A stretch of DNA of 64,000 nt, from contig NW_021836161.1 of the NCBI RefSeq assembly GCF_006345805.1, positions 4,973 to 68,972 on the forward strand, given 5' to 3'. Of this stretch, positions 25,545 to 38,614 are shown piece after piece. This DNA is from Octopus sinensis. Lineage: Eukaryota. The position numbers and the translations under genes were made by a program. Numbering within the stretch: position 1 is the stretch's first letter; every line of letters starts with the position of its first letter. Under the pieces are notes generated by a model. That model was not told the DNA's origin, searched no databases, and saw nothing but the letters and a program-made list of their open reading frames with translations.

Positions 25545-25766
25545 CTCTTTTACTCTTTTATATGTTTCAGTCATTTGACTGCGGCCATGCTGGAGCACCG
25601 CCTTTAATCGAGCAACTCGACCCCGGAACTTCTTTTTTTTTTGTAAGCCCAGTACTTATTCTATCGGTCTCTTTTGCCGAACGGCTAAGTAACGGGGACA
25701 TAAACACACCATCATCGGTTGTCAAGCAATGCTAGAGGGACAAACATATACACACACATACAAATA

Positions 25767-25828
<62 letters not shown>

Positions 25829-25989
25829 GACAGGTTTCTTTCAGTTTCCGTCTATCAAATCCACTCACAAGGCTTTGGTCGGCCCGAGGCTATAGCAGAA
25901 GACACTTGCCCGGTGCCACGCAGTTGGACTGAACCCAGAACCATGTGGTTGGTTAGCAAGCTACTTAGCACACAGCCACTCCTGCGCCT
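25545..25989 (-). mobile_element. SINE family A, full
   Basis: Consensus match; 31-bp direct repeat at 25511-25541 and 26016-26046. Confidence 0.92.
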
Positions 25990-26100
25990 ATGAATAATAA
26001 TATATGTATATATTATTTTATTTGTTAGGGAATAACAAATACTTATGTGTTTAAAATTAAAATATAATTTTTAGTTTCAAACTATGATAAAGGTATTAAG

Positions 26101-26197
26101 TGGCCTGATGATTGGGGTTACTTTATAAGAAAGGGTCCTGCAAAACACGGCGTGCTTAAGGGACCGGACAATGAACCTCAAGAAACACGTGTAGCCG
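26101..26197 (+). ncRNA. Type-I hammerhead ribozyme motif with intact catalytic core
   Basis: tggc-CTGATGA-TTGGGGTT[54 nt]AACCTCAA-GAAA-C ACGT GTA-gccg; palindrome ACACGTGT in stem III; predicted cut after A26193. Confidence 0.85.
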
Positions 26198-26368
26198 AGA
26201 TATGAGTAGTAAGTATTAAATTAAATTAAAATTCTTTTTTATATGGTGGGATGAAGGGGACTAATATCTCTAAATTATATATATATATATATTATGTATT
26301 GATTAAGTCTTTCGTTGTTTGTTTTGCAAAATAGTGGTTTTGTCTCTAATAATATTTTATATATATAT

Positions 26369-26531
26369 AGGCGCAGGAGTGGCTGTGTGGTAAGAAGCTT
26401 GCTAACCAGCCACATGGTTCCGGGTTCAGTCCCACTGCGTGACATCTTGGGCAACCGTCTTCTGCTATAGCCCCGGGCCGACCAATATCTTGTGAGTGGA
26501 TTTGGTAGACGGAAACTGAAAGAAGCCTTTC

Positions 26532-26567
<36 letters not shown>

Positions 26568-26775
26568 ATGTATATGCTTGTCTGTGTTTGTCCCCCTAGC
26601 ATTGCTTGAAAACCGATGTTGGTGTGTTTACGTCCCCGTCACTTAGCGGTTTGGCAAAAGAGACCGATAGAATAAGTACTGGGCTTACAAAGAATAAGTC
26701 CCGGGGTCGATTTGCTCGACTAAAGGCGTTGCTCCAGCATGGCCGCAGTAAAATAACTGAAACAAGTAAAAAAGA
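26369..26775 (+). mobile_element. SINE family A, full
   Basis: Consensus match. Confidence 0.92.
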
Positions 26776-27247
26776 AAAAAAAGATATACATATATATATC
26801 TATATATATATGCCTTAACACATTCAGAACTTAAAATCAAATACCACGATATCGTTAATCTCACAAATGCCCTAAATAGGCCAGAATTGATGAGAAACTA
26901 TCATGGTTGACCAAAGCAGCCATTCTTCATATCTTGATAGGGGCAGTGGGTTTTAATCTAATCTGAGGTGAAACAATTATTATATAATAAGTAAAATACT
27001 TTCCTATATTCCTGTAACATTTCACGCCTGTGCACTATTGGTAGGATTGCACTTTGAGCCATATAAATTCAATAATATTTTTGATTGCCATGCAAAATAC
27101 ATATCTTGCTCAGTTGTATATTATCTGCGATTGCTCTTAGAATGTTGGTTATTCTTTGTTTGTGTAAAACACGGTTAACTATCAAATCTACGCGCTCTAA
27201 AACCAACAACATTCAGTTTCTTTACATGAACACTCATCTAACATACC

Positions 27248-27667
27248 TATTTCTTTACTACCCGCAAGGAGCTAAACACAGAGAGAACAAACAAGGACAG
27301 ACAAACGGATTAAGTCGATTATATCGACCCCAGTGCGTAACTGGTCAGTAATTTATCGTCCCCGAAAGGATGAAAGGCAAAAGTCGACCTCGGCGGAATT
27401 TGAACTCAGAACGTAGCAGCAGACGAAATACCTAATTCTCTATTACCCACAAGGGGCTAAACATAGAGGGAACAAACAAGGACAGACATAGGTATTAAGT
27501 CAATTACATCGACCCCAGTGCATAACTGGTACTTAATTTATCGACCTCGAAAGGATGAAAGGCAAGAGTCGACCTCGGCGGAATTTGAACTCAGAACGTA
27601 GCAGCAGACGAAATACCGCCAAGTATTTCGCCAGGCGTGCTAACGTTTCTGCCAACTCGCTGCCTTA
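27248..27667 (-). mobile_element. SINE family B dimer
   Basis: Junction 27432/27433; 19-bp TSD AACACTCATCTAACAyACC 27229-27247 and 27669-27687. Confidence 0.9.
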
Positions 27668-27872
27668 AAACACTCATCTAACACACCGCCATCAAAACTC
27701 TTATCTAACATACCTCCATCTCGCTCTCACCCACTTAATGGAGTCATATTGGTGGATATTACTGTGTCTTAGTTATGTAGAGTATAACTACGAGTTGTGT
27801 ACAGTCTCGCTGGGATTTGCATTTTTTCTATAATATATTTATACTTTATCATTTCCTTTTGGGGATTGAGGT

Positions 27873-28259
27873 GGATGGAAGCACTCCGTCGGTTACGACG
27901 ACGAGGGTTCCGGTTGATCCGAATCAACGGAACAGTCTGCTCGTAAAATTAACGTGTAAGTGGCTGAGCACTCCACAGATACGTGTACCCTTAACGTAGT
28001 TCTCGGGGATATTCAGCGTGACACAGAGAGTGACAAGGCCGGCCCTTTGAAATACAGGTACAACAGAAACAGGAAGTAAGAGTGAGAGAAAGTTGTGGTG
28101 AAAGAGTACAGCAGGGATCACCACCATCCCCTGCCGGAGCCTCGTGGAGCTTTCTAGGTGTTTTCGCCTAATAAACACTCACAACGCCTCTGGGAATCGA
28201 AACCGCAATCCTATGACCGCGAGTCCGCTGCCCTAACCAATGGGCCATTGCGCCTCCAC
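27873..28259 (-). mobile_element. SINE family C, full
   Basis: TSD TGGGGATTGAGGT 27860-27872 and 28260-28272. Confidence 0.95.
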
Positions 28260-28445
28260 TGGGGATTGAGGTATCACGCTCATAAGTGTGTATGTGATGA
28301 TTTTATTATTGTGCTGTGTTATAAGAATTGCTTCTTGCATCGAGCATTAAATTTGTTGAGTTGTTTTCTACTAATATTTTAACATATACTTCAGTTGCGT
28401 AACATGTAGTGCCGTGTATTTTCATGCTTAATGCAGTGTATTACA

Positions 28446-28829
28446 GGAGGCGCAAAGGCCCAGTGGTTAGGGCAGCGGACTCGCGGTCATAGGATCGCGG
28501 TTTCGATTCCCAGACCGGGCGTAGTGAGTGTTTATTGAGCAAAAACACCTAATAGTTCCACGAGGCTCCGGCAGGGGATGGTGGTGATCCCTGCTGTACT
28601 GTTTCACTACAACTTTCTCTCACTCTTACTTCCTGTTTCCGTTGTACCTGTATTTCAAGGGGCCGGCCTTGTCACACTCTGTGTCACGCTGAATATCCCC
28701 GAGAACTACGTTAAGGGTGCACATGTCTGTGGAGTGCTCAGCCACTTACACGTTAATTTCACGAGCAGGCTGTTCCGTTGATTCGGATCAACGGGAACCC
28801 TCATCGTCGCAACCGACGGAGTGCTTCCC
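28446..28829 (+). mobile_element. SINE family C, full
   Basis: TSD CAGTGTATTACA 28434-28445 and 28839-28850. Confidence 0.95.
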
Positions 28830-29100
28830 TTACCATATCAGTGTATTACAACTGCTTCTTTTTGCGAATGTCTTGTCTACGTGCGAATAAGTATCTTAGA
28901 ATGAGCAGCAACTGCAATGTATTAACTGAACATCTAGGCGCGGAAGTGGTTGTGAGGTAAGAAGCTTGCTTCCCCAAATCAGGGTTCCGGTTTCATTCCT
29001 ACTGCATAACAACTTGCGCAAGTGTCTTTTACTATAGTCCCGAGCCGACCAAATCCCTATGAGTGTATTTAGTAGAAGAAAACTGAAAGTAGCATGTTTA

Positions 29101-29313
29101 CTCTTTACTCTTATTTGTTTCAATCATTTGACTGCGGCCATGCTGGAGCACCGCCTTTAGTTGATCAATCGACCCCGGGACTTCTTTATGCCCCACTCGT
29201 TCCCAGTGCTTATTCTATCGGTCTCTTTTGCCGAACCGCTGAGTGACGGGGACGTAAACACACCAGCATCGGTTGTCAGGCAATGCTAGGGACACACACA
29301 CACACACACACAC

Positions 29314-29373
<60 letters not shown>

Positions 29374-29529
29374 CGACAGGCTTCTTTCAGTTTCCGTCTA
29401 CCAAATCCACTCACAAGGCATTGGTCGGCCCTGGGCTATAGCAGAAGACACTTGCCCAAGATGCCACGCAGTGGGACTGAACCTGTGGTTTGTTAGCAAG
29501 CTACTTACCACACAGCGACTCCTGCACCT
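29101..29529 (-). mobile_element. SINE family A, full (preceded by a degraded + 5' half at about 28935-29095)
   Basis: Consensus match. Confidence 0.88.
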
Positions 29530-29561
29530 ATTTATTTAAAAGCAGCAGAATATAACAAAAG

Positions 29562-29598
29562 CTGTTACTCAGAGTTTCACCGTCCCGCTCGTCGGACA
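29562..29598 (-). ncRNA. Minimal hammerhead motif, CCGA core (copy 1)
   Basis: tgt-CCGACGA-GCGGGACGGT-GAAACTCTGAGTA-acag. Confidence 0.65.
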
Positions 29599-29902
29599 TA
29601 TACTCTACCACTGGTATTTGAGTACTCTTTTTTCCACCTTGTTTCTCATTTATGTGCTTCCTCCCGTCTATATATATATATATATATATATAATATAACA
29701 TATACATATATACGACAGGCTTCTTTCAGTTGTCCGTCTACCAAATCCACTCACAAGGCATTGGTCGGCCCTGGGCTATAGCAGAAGACACTTGCCCAAG
29801 ATTGCCACGCAGTGGGACTGAACCTGTGGTTTGTTAGCAGCTACTTACCACACAGCGACTCCTGCACCTATTTATTTAAAAGCAGCAGGAATATAACAAA
29901 AG

Positions 29903-29940
29903 CTGTTACTCAGAGTTTCACGTTCCCGCTCGTCGGACAT
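29903..29940 (-). ncRNA. Minimal hammerhead motif, CCGA core (copy 2)
   Basis: tgt-CCGACGA-GCG GGAA CGT-GAAA-CTC T GAG-TA-acag; GNRA loop II, palindromic stem III, GUA site. Confidence 0.75.
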
Positions 29941-30010
29941 ATTACTCTACCACTGGTATTTGAGTACTCTTTTTTCCACCTTGTTTCTCATTTATGTGCT
30001 TCCCTCCCGT

Positions 30011-30060
<50 letters not shown>

Positions 30061-30074
<14 letters not shown>

Positions 30075-30550
30075 AAACTGTAGTTGTGTGAGTGTCTGTC
30101 CCTTCGATTTAGATTCCTAACTACTCCCACATTTTGCGGTGCAGTTTAACCAAATTCGGCTATCTTATAGTCGTGATTCATATCGAGCCCGTCTGAGTAT
30201 TAGAGCGCGTCTACGATGAGTCTACGATTTTAAAAATAATTTAACATTTTTTATTCCATTTTAATGCATAATTTTTCGTGTGTCGATGGCGGCGGAGTTG
30301 GCGTCTGTGTTCTCCCCCTTCTTCCCTCCCTCGTGAAGCTGTGGGGAAAGGAGTGTAAGAAAATCAACGTCGTAAAGCGTTGTCAAGGAGACCAGCGTTC
30401 TTTTAGAACAACGACTTCATGGCTTGAAGACACCAAAACAGAAATGGCTAAGAAAGCCCGAATTGGCATCTATAAGGGAAGTAATTCTCTAAAAATGGTT
30501 ATATAGTTATTTCCCTTACAAACCCGAGCAACGCCGGGCGATACTGCTAG
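30061..30550 (+). mobile_element. Non-autonomous Helitron
   Basis: 3' GC-rich hairpin CCCGAGCAACGCCGGG followed by CTAG then T (30547-30551); 5' end merges into a TA tract. Confidence 0.8.
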
Positions 30551-30589
30551 TATATATATATATAGATAGATAGATATAACACGTGTGCG

Positions 30590-30795
30590 TGTGTGTGTGT
30601 GCATGTCTTTGTGTTTGCCTCCACCACTGCTTGACAACCGTAGTTGGTGCGTTTAGATTTCCGTACCCTAGCGGTTCGGCAAAAAGACCGATAGAATAAG
30701 TACTAGACTTAAGAGTTAAGTTCTGATGTGGGTTTGTTCGACTAAAAGACAGTACCCCAGCAAGGCTGCAGTCAAATAATTGACGCAAGTAACAG
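30590..30795 (+). mobile_element. SINE family A, degraded 3' half
   Basis: GCGGTTCGGCAAAAAGACCGATAGAATAAGTACT. Confidence 0.75.
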
Positions 30796-31399
30796 ATAGA
30801 AGAAAATATCTATTTTATACGGCATGAGCCAAAGAAAGAGCCGACTTTTGCTGAAAGTTGTAGTGAGAAGACAACCAAAGTTAAAATAGAAACTGAATCG
30901 ACAAATAACAAACTTAACGTCTTATTATTTATGGCTTAAAAATCTAACAGTTTCAAATTCCGGGCAGGATTGTCAACACAAATCAGGTTTGATTTGTAGT
31001 GTCTATCGTAAAACTCCAGTAAAACATGCCAATATCTCTTTTTGAATGGTCAAGAAACTTCGATGATGTATTTGGAAACGGTCGAGTTCCAAACAAACTG
31101 CATGAAAATATAGACACACTGTCGTGTTTTCAATACAGTATTTGTGCGTGTTTGTGTGTGATAGTATGTGTATGTGTGTCTGTTTTGTGTTTTCGTGTGT
31201 GTACGTAAGTATGAGAGCATGGTGTGCGTTATTAATTTACGATTAGACGAAGAGAGAATGGGTGCGAACTCCAAAAAATAGAAGTCTTCGTCCGTAAAAG
31301 TGAAACTTTATCCACTTGGCCAACTGTGGTTCGCGGCATATGCATTTATTACATTTGTTTCCAAGCCAGCAGACAGAGAACTGACACAATCTTCATAGG

Positions 31400-32350
31400 T
31401 TATTGATGTACAGTTGATTTACAAGTAGGAGAAACACACAAGAGATGTGTGAGAGAGAGTAGTGAGGGAAGAGAAGAGTAAGGGGTTGAAACAGGATGGA
31501 GAGCGATAAGGTTGTGAGAAGAGTCGTTGAAGGAGGATGGAGTAGGTAAGTGTGGAAGAAGCAGAGGAAAGAAATAACTAATAGTTAAAAGGAAGAAACG
31601 GAAAGTAGACAGACAGGATTGAAATAAATATAGAAAATAGCAAGAAAAAAAGGGTTGATGTTGTTTGTGTTATTATTGTCGTTGGCATGAATGAAGACAG
31701 CGATAAAGGAAAAAGAATGTGCAAAAGAAAGACGGAGATGCACAAAGAAATAAAGAATGAACGAAGGAAAGAGAGGCAGATTAATTGAAAGAATTAAAGG
31801 AAAGGAAAGTGGAAAGAGATTTCAAGAAAGTGTATGTAGGCTGGCAGGAAGAACGAATATGAGTGAGAGAGAGAGAGAGAGAGGGAGAAAGAAAGAATTA
31901 GAGTATGAGAAAGAGGAGAAGGATGAGGAGCAAGATTGTGTGTAGGAGGGGGAAATACTTGGTAGATGTAGAAGGGTTGAGACGAGGGGATGCGAAGAAT
32001 TTCGGAAATAAATCGAATTGTAAAGAAGAATAAACAGTTGTTAATAATAATAATAATCATAATAATAATAATAAAAACAACAAGGGTGATAGCAATATTG
32101 CTATTGATAATAAGAATACAAGAGAAGGAAAAAAAGCCGATCTAAAGCGAAGAAACGAAGAACTTAAGAAGGAAAGGATAGACTTGGCGTAGTTGGCGGT
32201 AAAAAGGAGATTAAATACAAAGAAGAAAATTACTACAAACAAATCAAAATATAGAAGGAAAAATAAATCAAAGAACGAACAAACAAACAAGCAAAAGTAA
32301 GAAGCAAATCGCCAAACACACAAGAATACAAGAATACAAAAGAAAAACAA
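31400..32350. repeat. Strand-asymmetric purine/A-rich low-complexity tract
   Basis: Direct reading. Confidence 0.7.
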
Positions 32351-33339
32351 AAAAACTAAAAATTCAAATCCAAAATGTCGTTTTGTACATTACGAGTTTT
32401 CCAGCCCTGAAGATGGTTTCTGTGTTATATTATTATTATACGGTTGATTTGTTCGGTGAATGTGTAGAATGGAAACATTCCGCCTTCTAAAAATAGCAAA
32501 TTGATCTCGTTATCATTAACATTTTAAATGGAAAAAGATTTGTCTATTATCTTTTGGTGAATAATCGAACTTTAACCATGTAAAATTCCACCTTCTCTCC
32601 CTCCATTTTGTTATTTTTGTTTTGTTTTGTTTGTGTCTGTTTTCTGGTTTTCTTCTTTTCTCCCATCGAATCACATTTACTTTTGCTCTCAGAAGTTAGT
32701 TTTACATTCTCTGTTACCATTTTTCTGATGCTTTTATTTTACAGTATTTTCTTGTAATTCTACGCTTCTTTTTGTTTTTATTTCTATTGATATTGCAGTA
32801 CATCTGGCTCTTGTTGCTGTTGTTGTTTTCGTTCCTGTTGCTGCTATTGTTGTTGTAACAGTTATTGAAGTATTTGGTGATTTTGTTTCTTTTATTCATC
32901 TTTTTTTTTTTTTTGCAATCTATCGTTTCTCTTTTATTTTATTTTCCATTATTTTTACAACTGACATGGTTTTACGATGCATTATAATTATTATTACTAT
33001 TAATATTATTATTATTGATATTATTAGTATATACATTATTACTATTATTTACTTTGCTTTCATATTTCCTCTTATTTCACTATTACTACTTTTTCATTCA
33101 TTTCTCTGCTTCGCCACTAGAATTTTAGCTCTGTGGTGTCTGTCTACCGAGAAAAAATTTCAAAAAAAACGAAAAGACAATAGATAAATAAATAAAGTAT
33201 AAAAGAGAGAAAAGAATGAGCGATATATGCAAATCTAGTACAGGATCACTCTTTTTCTCTCTGTAACCCTGTCTGTCTATCTGTCTCTCTCCTTCCCTCT
33301 CACTCTGTTTGCCTGTCTCTCGCTGCCTTTCCCTGTTTA

Positions 33340-33476
33340 TATATATATATAAAGATAGATATATTGATATACATACAGAGATATATAGATATAAAGATAG
33401 ATATATTGATATACATACAGAGATATATAGATATATAGATAGAGATATATTGATATATATAGATATATATATAGAG

Positions 33477-33515
<39 letters not shown>

Positions 33516-33985
33516 TAGGTATATAGAGAGAGATAGAGATATATAGAGGATAGAGAGATATAGATATATATATATATATAGATATATATATATTATATAT
33601 ATATTATATATATAGATATATATAGAATATATATAGATATATATAGATATATATAGATATATATATAGATATATATATAGATATATATAGATATATATAG
33701 ATAATATAGATATATATATAGAGATATATATATAGATATAATTAGATAATATAGATATATATATATAGATATATATATAGATATATATAGATATATATAT
33801 AGATATATATATAGAGATATATAGATATATAGATATATAGATATAGATATATATATATAGGATATATATATATATATAGAGATATATAGATATATATATA
33901 GATATATAATATATAGAGATATATAGATATATATAGATATATATATATATAGAAAGATATATAGATATATATATATATAGATATA
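33340..33985. repeat. (TA)n/(TAGA)n microsatellite array
   Basis: Direct reading. Confidence 0.95.
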
Positions 33986-34430
33986 GAAACCATCTTCAGG
34001 GCTGCAAAACTCGTAATGTGGAAGTTAAGTGTAAGAAAACAGTTAACGTTCAAATTTAACAGACTGGTAGAAATCACTTATGGGAACTACAGGTATATTG
34101 TTGTCAATGTTTACAATGATAAACGCGTTTCTGAAAGGTGTTAACAGGAGGAATGTGTGAAAAGAGGAGGAAATAAAAGTTCATCGTTACAGAGCGTGCA
34201 AAATGTTTTACGTTTATATATGGACATGATTTAGGTAGAATATTCTATTCCAAATTAAATTGTTTATTATGTTCCTTTAGAGACCAAATTAATTTACTAA
34301 GCCCAGTATTGTTACGTTGATTGATATTCATCTGTATTTAGATATATATATGTACATATATGTATGCATATGTTTGTGTGCATATATATGTACATGTATA
34401 CACACAAACACACACACACAACACACATAT

Positions 34431-34464
<34 letters not shown>

Positions 34465-34466
<2 letters not shown>

Positions 34467-34675
34467 ACGGGAAGGTTTACGAAAATAAACAAAGACGAAG
34501 GCAGGTGGAGTACAAACAAACAAATGTATTAGTATGGCGCTCAGGAATAGAAATTAAAGAAGTATTTTACGTTTCGAGCCTATGCTCTTCGTCAGAAAGA
34601 TACACAGAAAAAAAAGCAAGGGGAGAAACAGGGAGAGAAAAAATGCGTGCAGAAGCTAACGATCTATCATGGCGT
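34465..34675 (-). mobile_element. Solo Penelope-type terminal repeat with intact-core hammerhead at 34563-34600
   Basis: Homologous to 49975-50190; minus strand tcttt-CTGACGA-a-GAGC ATAG GCTC-GAAA-C-GTA-aaata. Confidence 0.8.
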
Positions 34676-34694
34676 TCTTATTTATATATATATA

Positions 34695-34810
34695 TACACG
34701 ATGGGCTTCCTTCAGTTTCCGTCTATCAAATCCACTCACAAGCCTTTGGCCCGCCCGGAACCATGTTCCTGAGAAGCACATTTCTTACCATACAGCCATA
34801 TCTGCGTTTA
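34695..34810 (-). mobile_element. SINE family A, deleted 5' half
   Basis: Partial consensus match. Confidence 0.7.
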
Positions 34811-35470
34811 TGTAACGAATTTTACTGTGCTAACAGTAAAATTCGATAAACTCTTTAGCTCTTGGATTAAACAATACAAACAAGGCCATTCTGAAAAGAA
34901 AAAAGAACAACAAATATCCAGTGTAATAAATTGTTATCTGATATCCTCAGTAATTGCCCCGACTTCGCCTTTCGTAAAGGAAAGTAAAGTGTATGTTATA
35001 ATTAATATGAAACGTAATTCGATACCGCATTCAATCGATCAAAATAGTAAATGTGGCATTTCACTCTAAACACTCTTTAGCGATTTATTTAACTATGCAC
35101 AATAAGCAGTATTACTTCACAGTAAGTTATAAGGATGTAAACCTCTCTGCATATATTCTGTCTGCCTGTCTCTGTCTCTCTCTCTCTGAATCTATCTATT
35201 TATCTATCGTTATATATACACATATGCATGTAAATAATCGTATATTCTGTGCATATATTAAGATGTATGAGAATTGAAATCTTCGGTAAATTTTCTTCTA
35301 AATCCTGTGCTGACGAAATGGTAAAAACAAAAAACGAAACTTCCTTGTGCAGTGACGTTAAATTAAATATATGAAATACAAATAAATATTTTCACACTTG
35401 TGTTTCACATCTTAATGTGTGTGTATGAATGTGTGTGTGTGTTGTGTGTGTACATGTGTGTGTGTGTGAT

Positions 35471-35502
<32 letters not shown>

Positions 35503-36319
35503 CCTGATAGACAGAGTGACAGAAATATTAGTACTCACCGACTTAAGAACATAAAATGAAATATCAATTTCTGTTGGAACCTAGCTTCAAGCTATAGAGA
35601 TGTTTTTGCTGTCTTATTTCAATAACTAATTCTTAAATGAGGTCTCTTACAGCTATATTCATCTCACTGCAACATATGACAGTATATAATCTTAAGACGT
35701 ACAAATTTCCAAGCAGGAGTAACTAAAACAAAAGGAGACCCCACTCCTAACACTCTTTATGACAGTGCCTATTGGCTGCCTTGTACCTGGTCAATCGTAG
35801 CGCTACCAGTTGCACGTAGCTAAGTGCAATACGTCACACAGTCGGGCTCACGGCAAATAAATTGACAATTATAGAAAACCCGCTTGGCAACGGGTGTATT
35901 TTTTAACAAGCATGCTGGAAAGTAAAATACATCTGAAATGAAGGATAGATTCAAATGTAAAGACGACTCAACAACTGAAACTGAAAGACCTGCAGGCATT
36001 ATTCAGATATTTGTCAAAGTGAAGGATGTTCTGATGTAACTCCTACAACTGTGTTTGCATTCAATGATACTGATTGATCGTTGTTCTCGAACAAATGTAC
36101 ATGTTGTTTAGATATTGCGGTTCTGCTTGCGCAAAAGCCTTTCCTTAATAAAAAAAAAAATTCAACCATTGGTATTGACTTATAAGGTCTCCATTACATA
36201 TTCCTTGGCCGGTTGTAGTCGAAAAAGTCAAAACATTACGCAAAACATTCCATGATGGAACGAAGGGTTGTATCATCGTATATGATATTCCTCTGAACGG
36301 CAACTGCATATATATTCAT

Positions 36320-36455
36320 ATATACGACGAGCTTGTTTCAGTTTCCGTCTTCCAAATCCCCTCACAAGACTTTGGTCGGCCCGAGGCTATAGTAGAAGGC
36401 ACTTGCCCAAGATTCCACACAGTGGGACTGAACCCGGAACCATGTGGTTGGTAAT
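36320..36455 (-). mobile_element. SINE family A, partial 5' half
   Basis: Partial consensus match. Confidence 0.75.
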
Positions 36456-38218
36456 CGTGTATTTTTTTCTCATCTCTATATAGAGTTCATACACGACAGG
36501 GTTTAATCGATGCTGGTTGGCGGTGGGAGAGGTACGTACACGCACAACCGCACATACACACATACACGCATGCACACACATACACGCATGCACACACACA
36601 TGCACACACACACATACACGTGTACTCACACATAATTATATGTGTACATATGAGTTTATAAATGTATTTATTGAATGTAGAATGGCTACATGAATGAATA
36701 TAAAAATACTGAAATGCAAATGTAGATAAAAACGAATAGAAAGAAATGAGACAGACAGACAGACAGAAAATATGGGGACATATTAGAATTAATCTTCCCA
36801 AAATTTCAGTTCTATGTATGACCTTTATACCTCATAACAAGATAGCATCCAACAGTCACTCGACCTCCCTTGAACCCTCTTCAGATTACTACATTTTTTT
36901 CCATTATCTGTTCGTTGTCCTAAACATGTATCATATATCACTGATTCTTCCCCTGGTTGCGCATCATATATATTGCTGTCTCATACACATATCATATACC
37001 ATTGAAGACAGATCTGTTTTCATCATGTTAATTCCAGAGAATTTAGTTTCAGTATCTCATCTGGTATTCAAATCTTGAGATTTCACCAAGCACATGTTTA
37101 CTTCTCTACGTTACATCGCTTCCATTATTTCATTAATTAAAGAAGCGATTCTTTGATACAAATATCACAGATGTTGACTGTCGATGTCTATGATATGTGA
37201 ATTGCCAGCTTATTATATTTTCGTTCAGTTAATTAAGCTTACATAATTAATAGTGAACCGAATTGTATTTGTTCATAAATTAAAATTAATTTCGCAGTAA
37301 AAAGAAAATCCATTAGCGTGAATTATGATTGTATACAAGAAAATCAAGTTAAAAGAATTACGATATTACATTTGAGTAAAATTTAAATGAAAACATAATG
37401 GAGTGTAAGAATTACATTTGGTGTGTAATAAGTTAACTGTTGAATGTTTCTGCATTATTAGATCTTCTCAGTACAATATAGAAAGGTACATAATTATCAG
37501 AGATTGTCATGATGTTGAAGACACAGTATTTGTTCAAAAATTCTCATTTTCGAAAACATGATATCAGAGTATTTCTCAGGGTTGAATTTCTCTTCCAGAA
37601 TTAAGTTTTCTTTAGGTTTACTTATATAATATAATATAATATAATATAATATAATATAAGTCATATTTTTCTTCTAATTTGAACCATCTTTTTCTGTCGA
37701 ATGATTCATATTTCTAAGAGTAAAACTCCCAGATAACGGTCATTTACAAAGTGTTAAACCATGTCTCATATATACATCTTACACGTGGGTATGATATATA
37801 TATATAACATCCCATTTGCAGTCTACACAATTGACAGTTGCTGGACTATTCAATGCCTGAGATATTTTCCATAAGCTTGTTATATTGTCCGTATCCGAGA
37901 GAAGACAACTCCGCGCAGGAACTTATTGGGCGATTTTTCATTAATTTGCTGATAATATTGAAAATGACACATTATATAATGAGGACTTTTTTCTGTGGCT
38001 TGTAATAAAGACGATAATGGATCGAGTCATCATGATTGAACATATTTTTGCTAAAAAATTGCTGTTTGGAGTAGTCACTAATAGCACTAATAGTAGTCAC
38101 TAATATATATATTATATATATATATATATATGTATATACATGTAGATGTAGGTACGTACAATATGTATGTATGTATGCATATATTATATTTATTACACTA
38201 TTATATATATATATATTA

Positions 38219-38268
<50 letters not shown>

Positions 38269-38614
38269 GTGTAATAAATATAATATATGCATACATACAT
38301 ACATATATGTACGTACCTATATATACATGCATACATGAATATATATACGTGAGTACAGGACACCACAAATAGACGCAGAACTCAACAAAAACGTAAAAAT
38401 AAGCATGGAACGAACCTTTTTTTTACAAAGAAAAAACAGAGTACTAGACAAACTACACAAGGAAAAATCCCCTTCATCAGCTGTCCCTAGTTCAGCTCCA
38501 GCATGTTTCGAATGTGAGGACAGAACACGAATCGTCGAACTAGCCCTTCCTGCGAATAAATTAAAGGAAATTACTTCGCAGAGGGGTAAAAACAAGGAAA
38601 GAACAAAATGATAT

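Larger units (their letters stand above)
29370..30012. repeat. About 341-bp tandem duplication (SINE A 5' half + hammerhead-bearing segment)
   Basis: 29370-29668 versus 29711-30012, differing mainly by 1-nt indels. Confidence 0.9.

Noticed and set aside
35305-35352. CTGACGA...GAAAC hammerhead candidate
   Set aside because: No credible stem II and the triplet is GUG; about one such two-motif hit is expected by chance in this much sequence.
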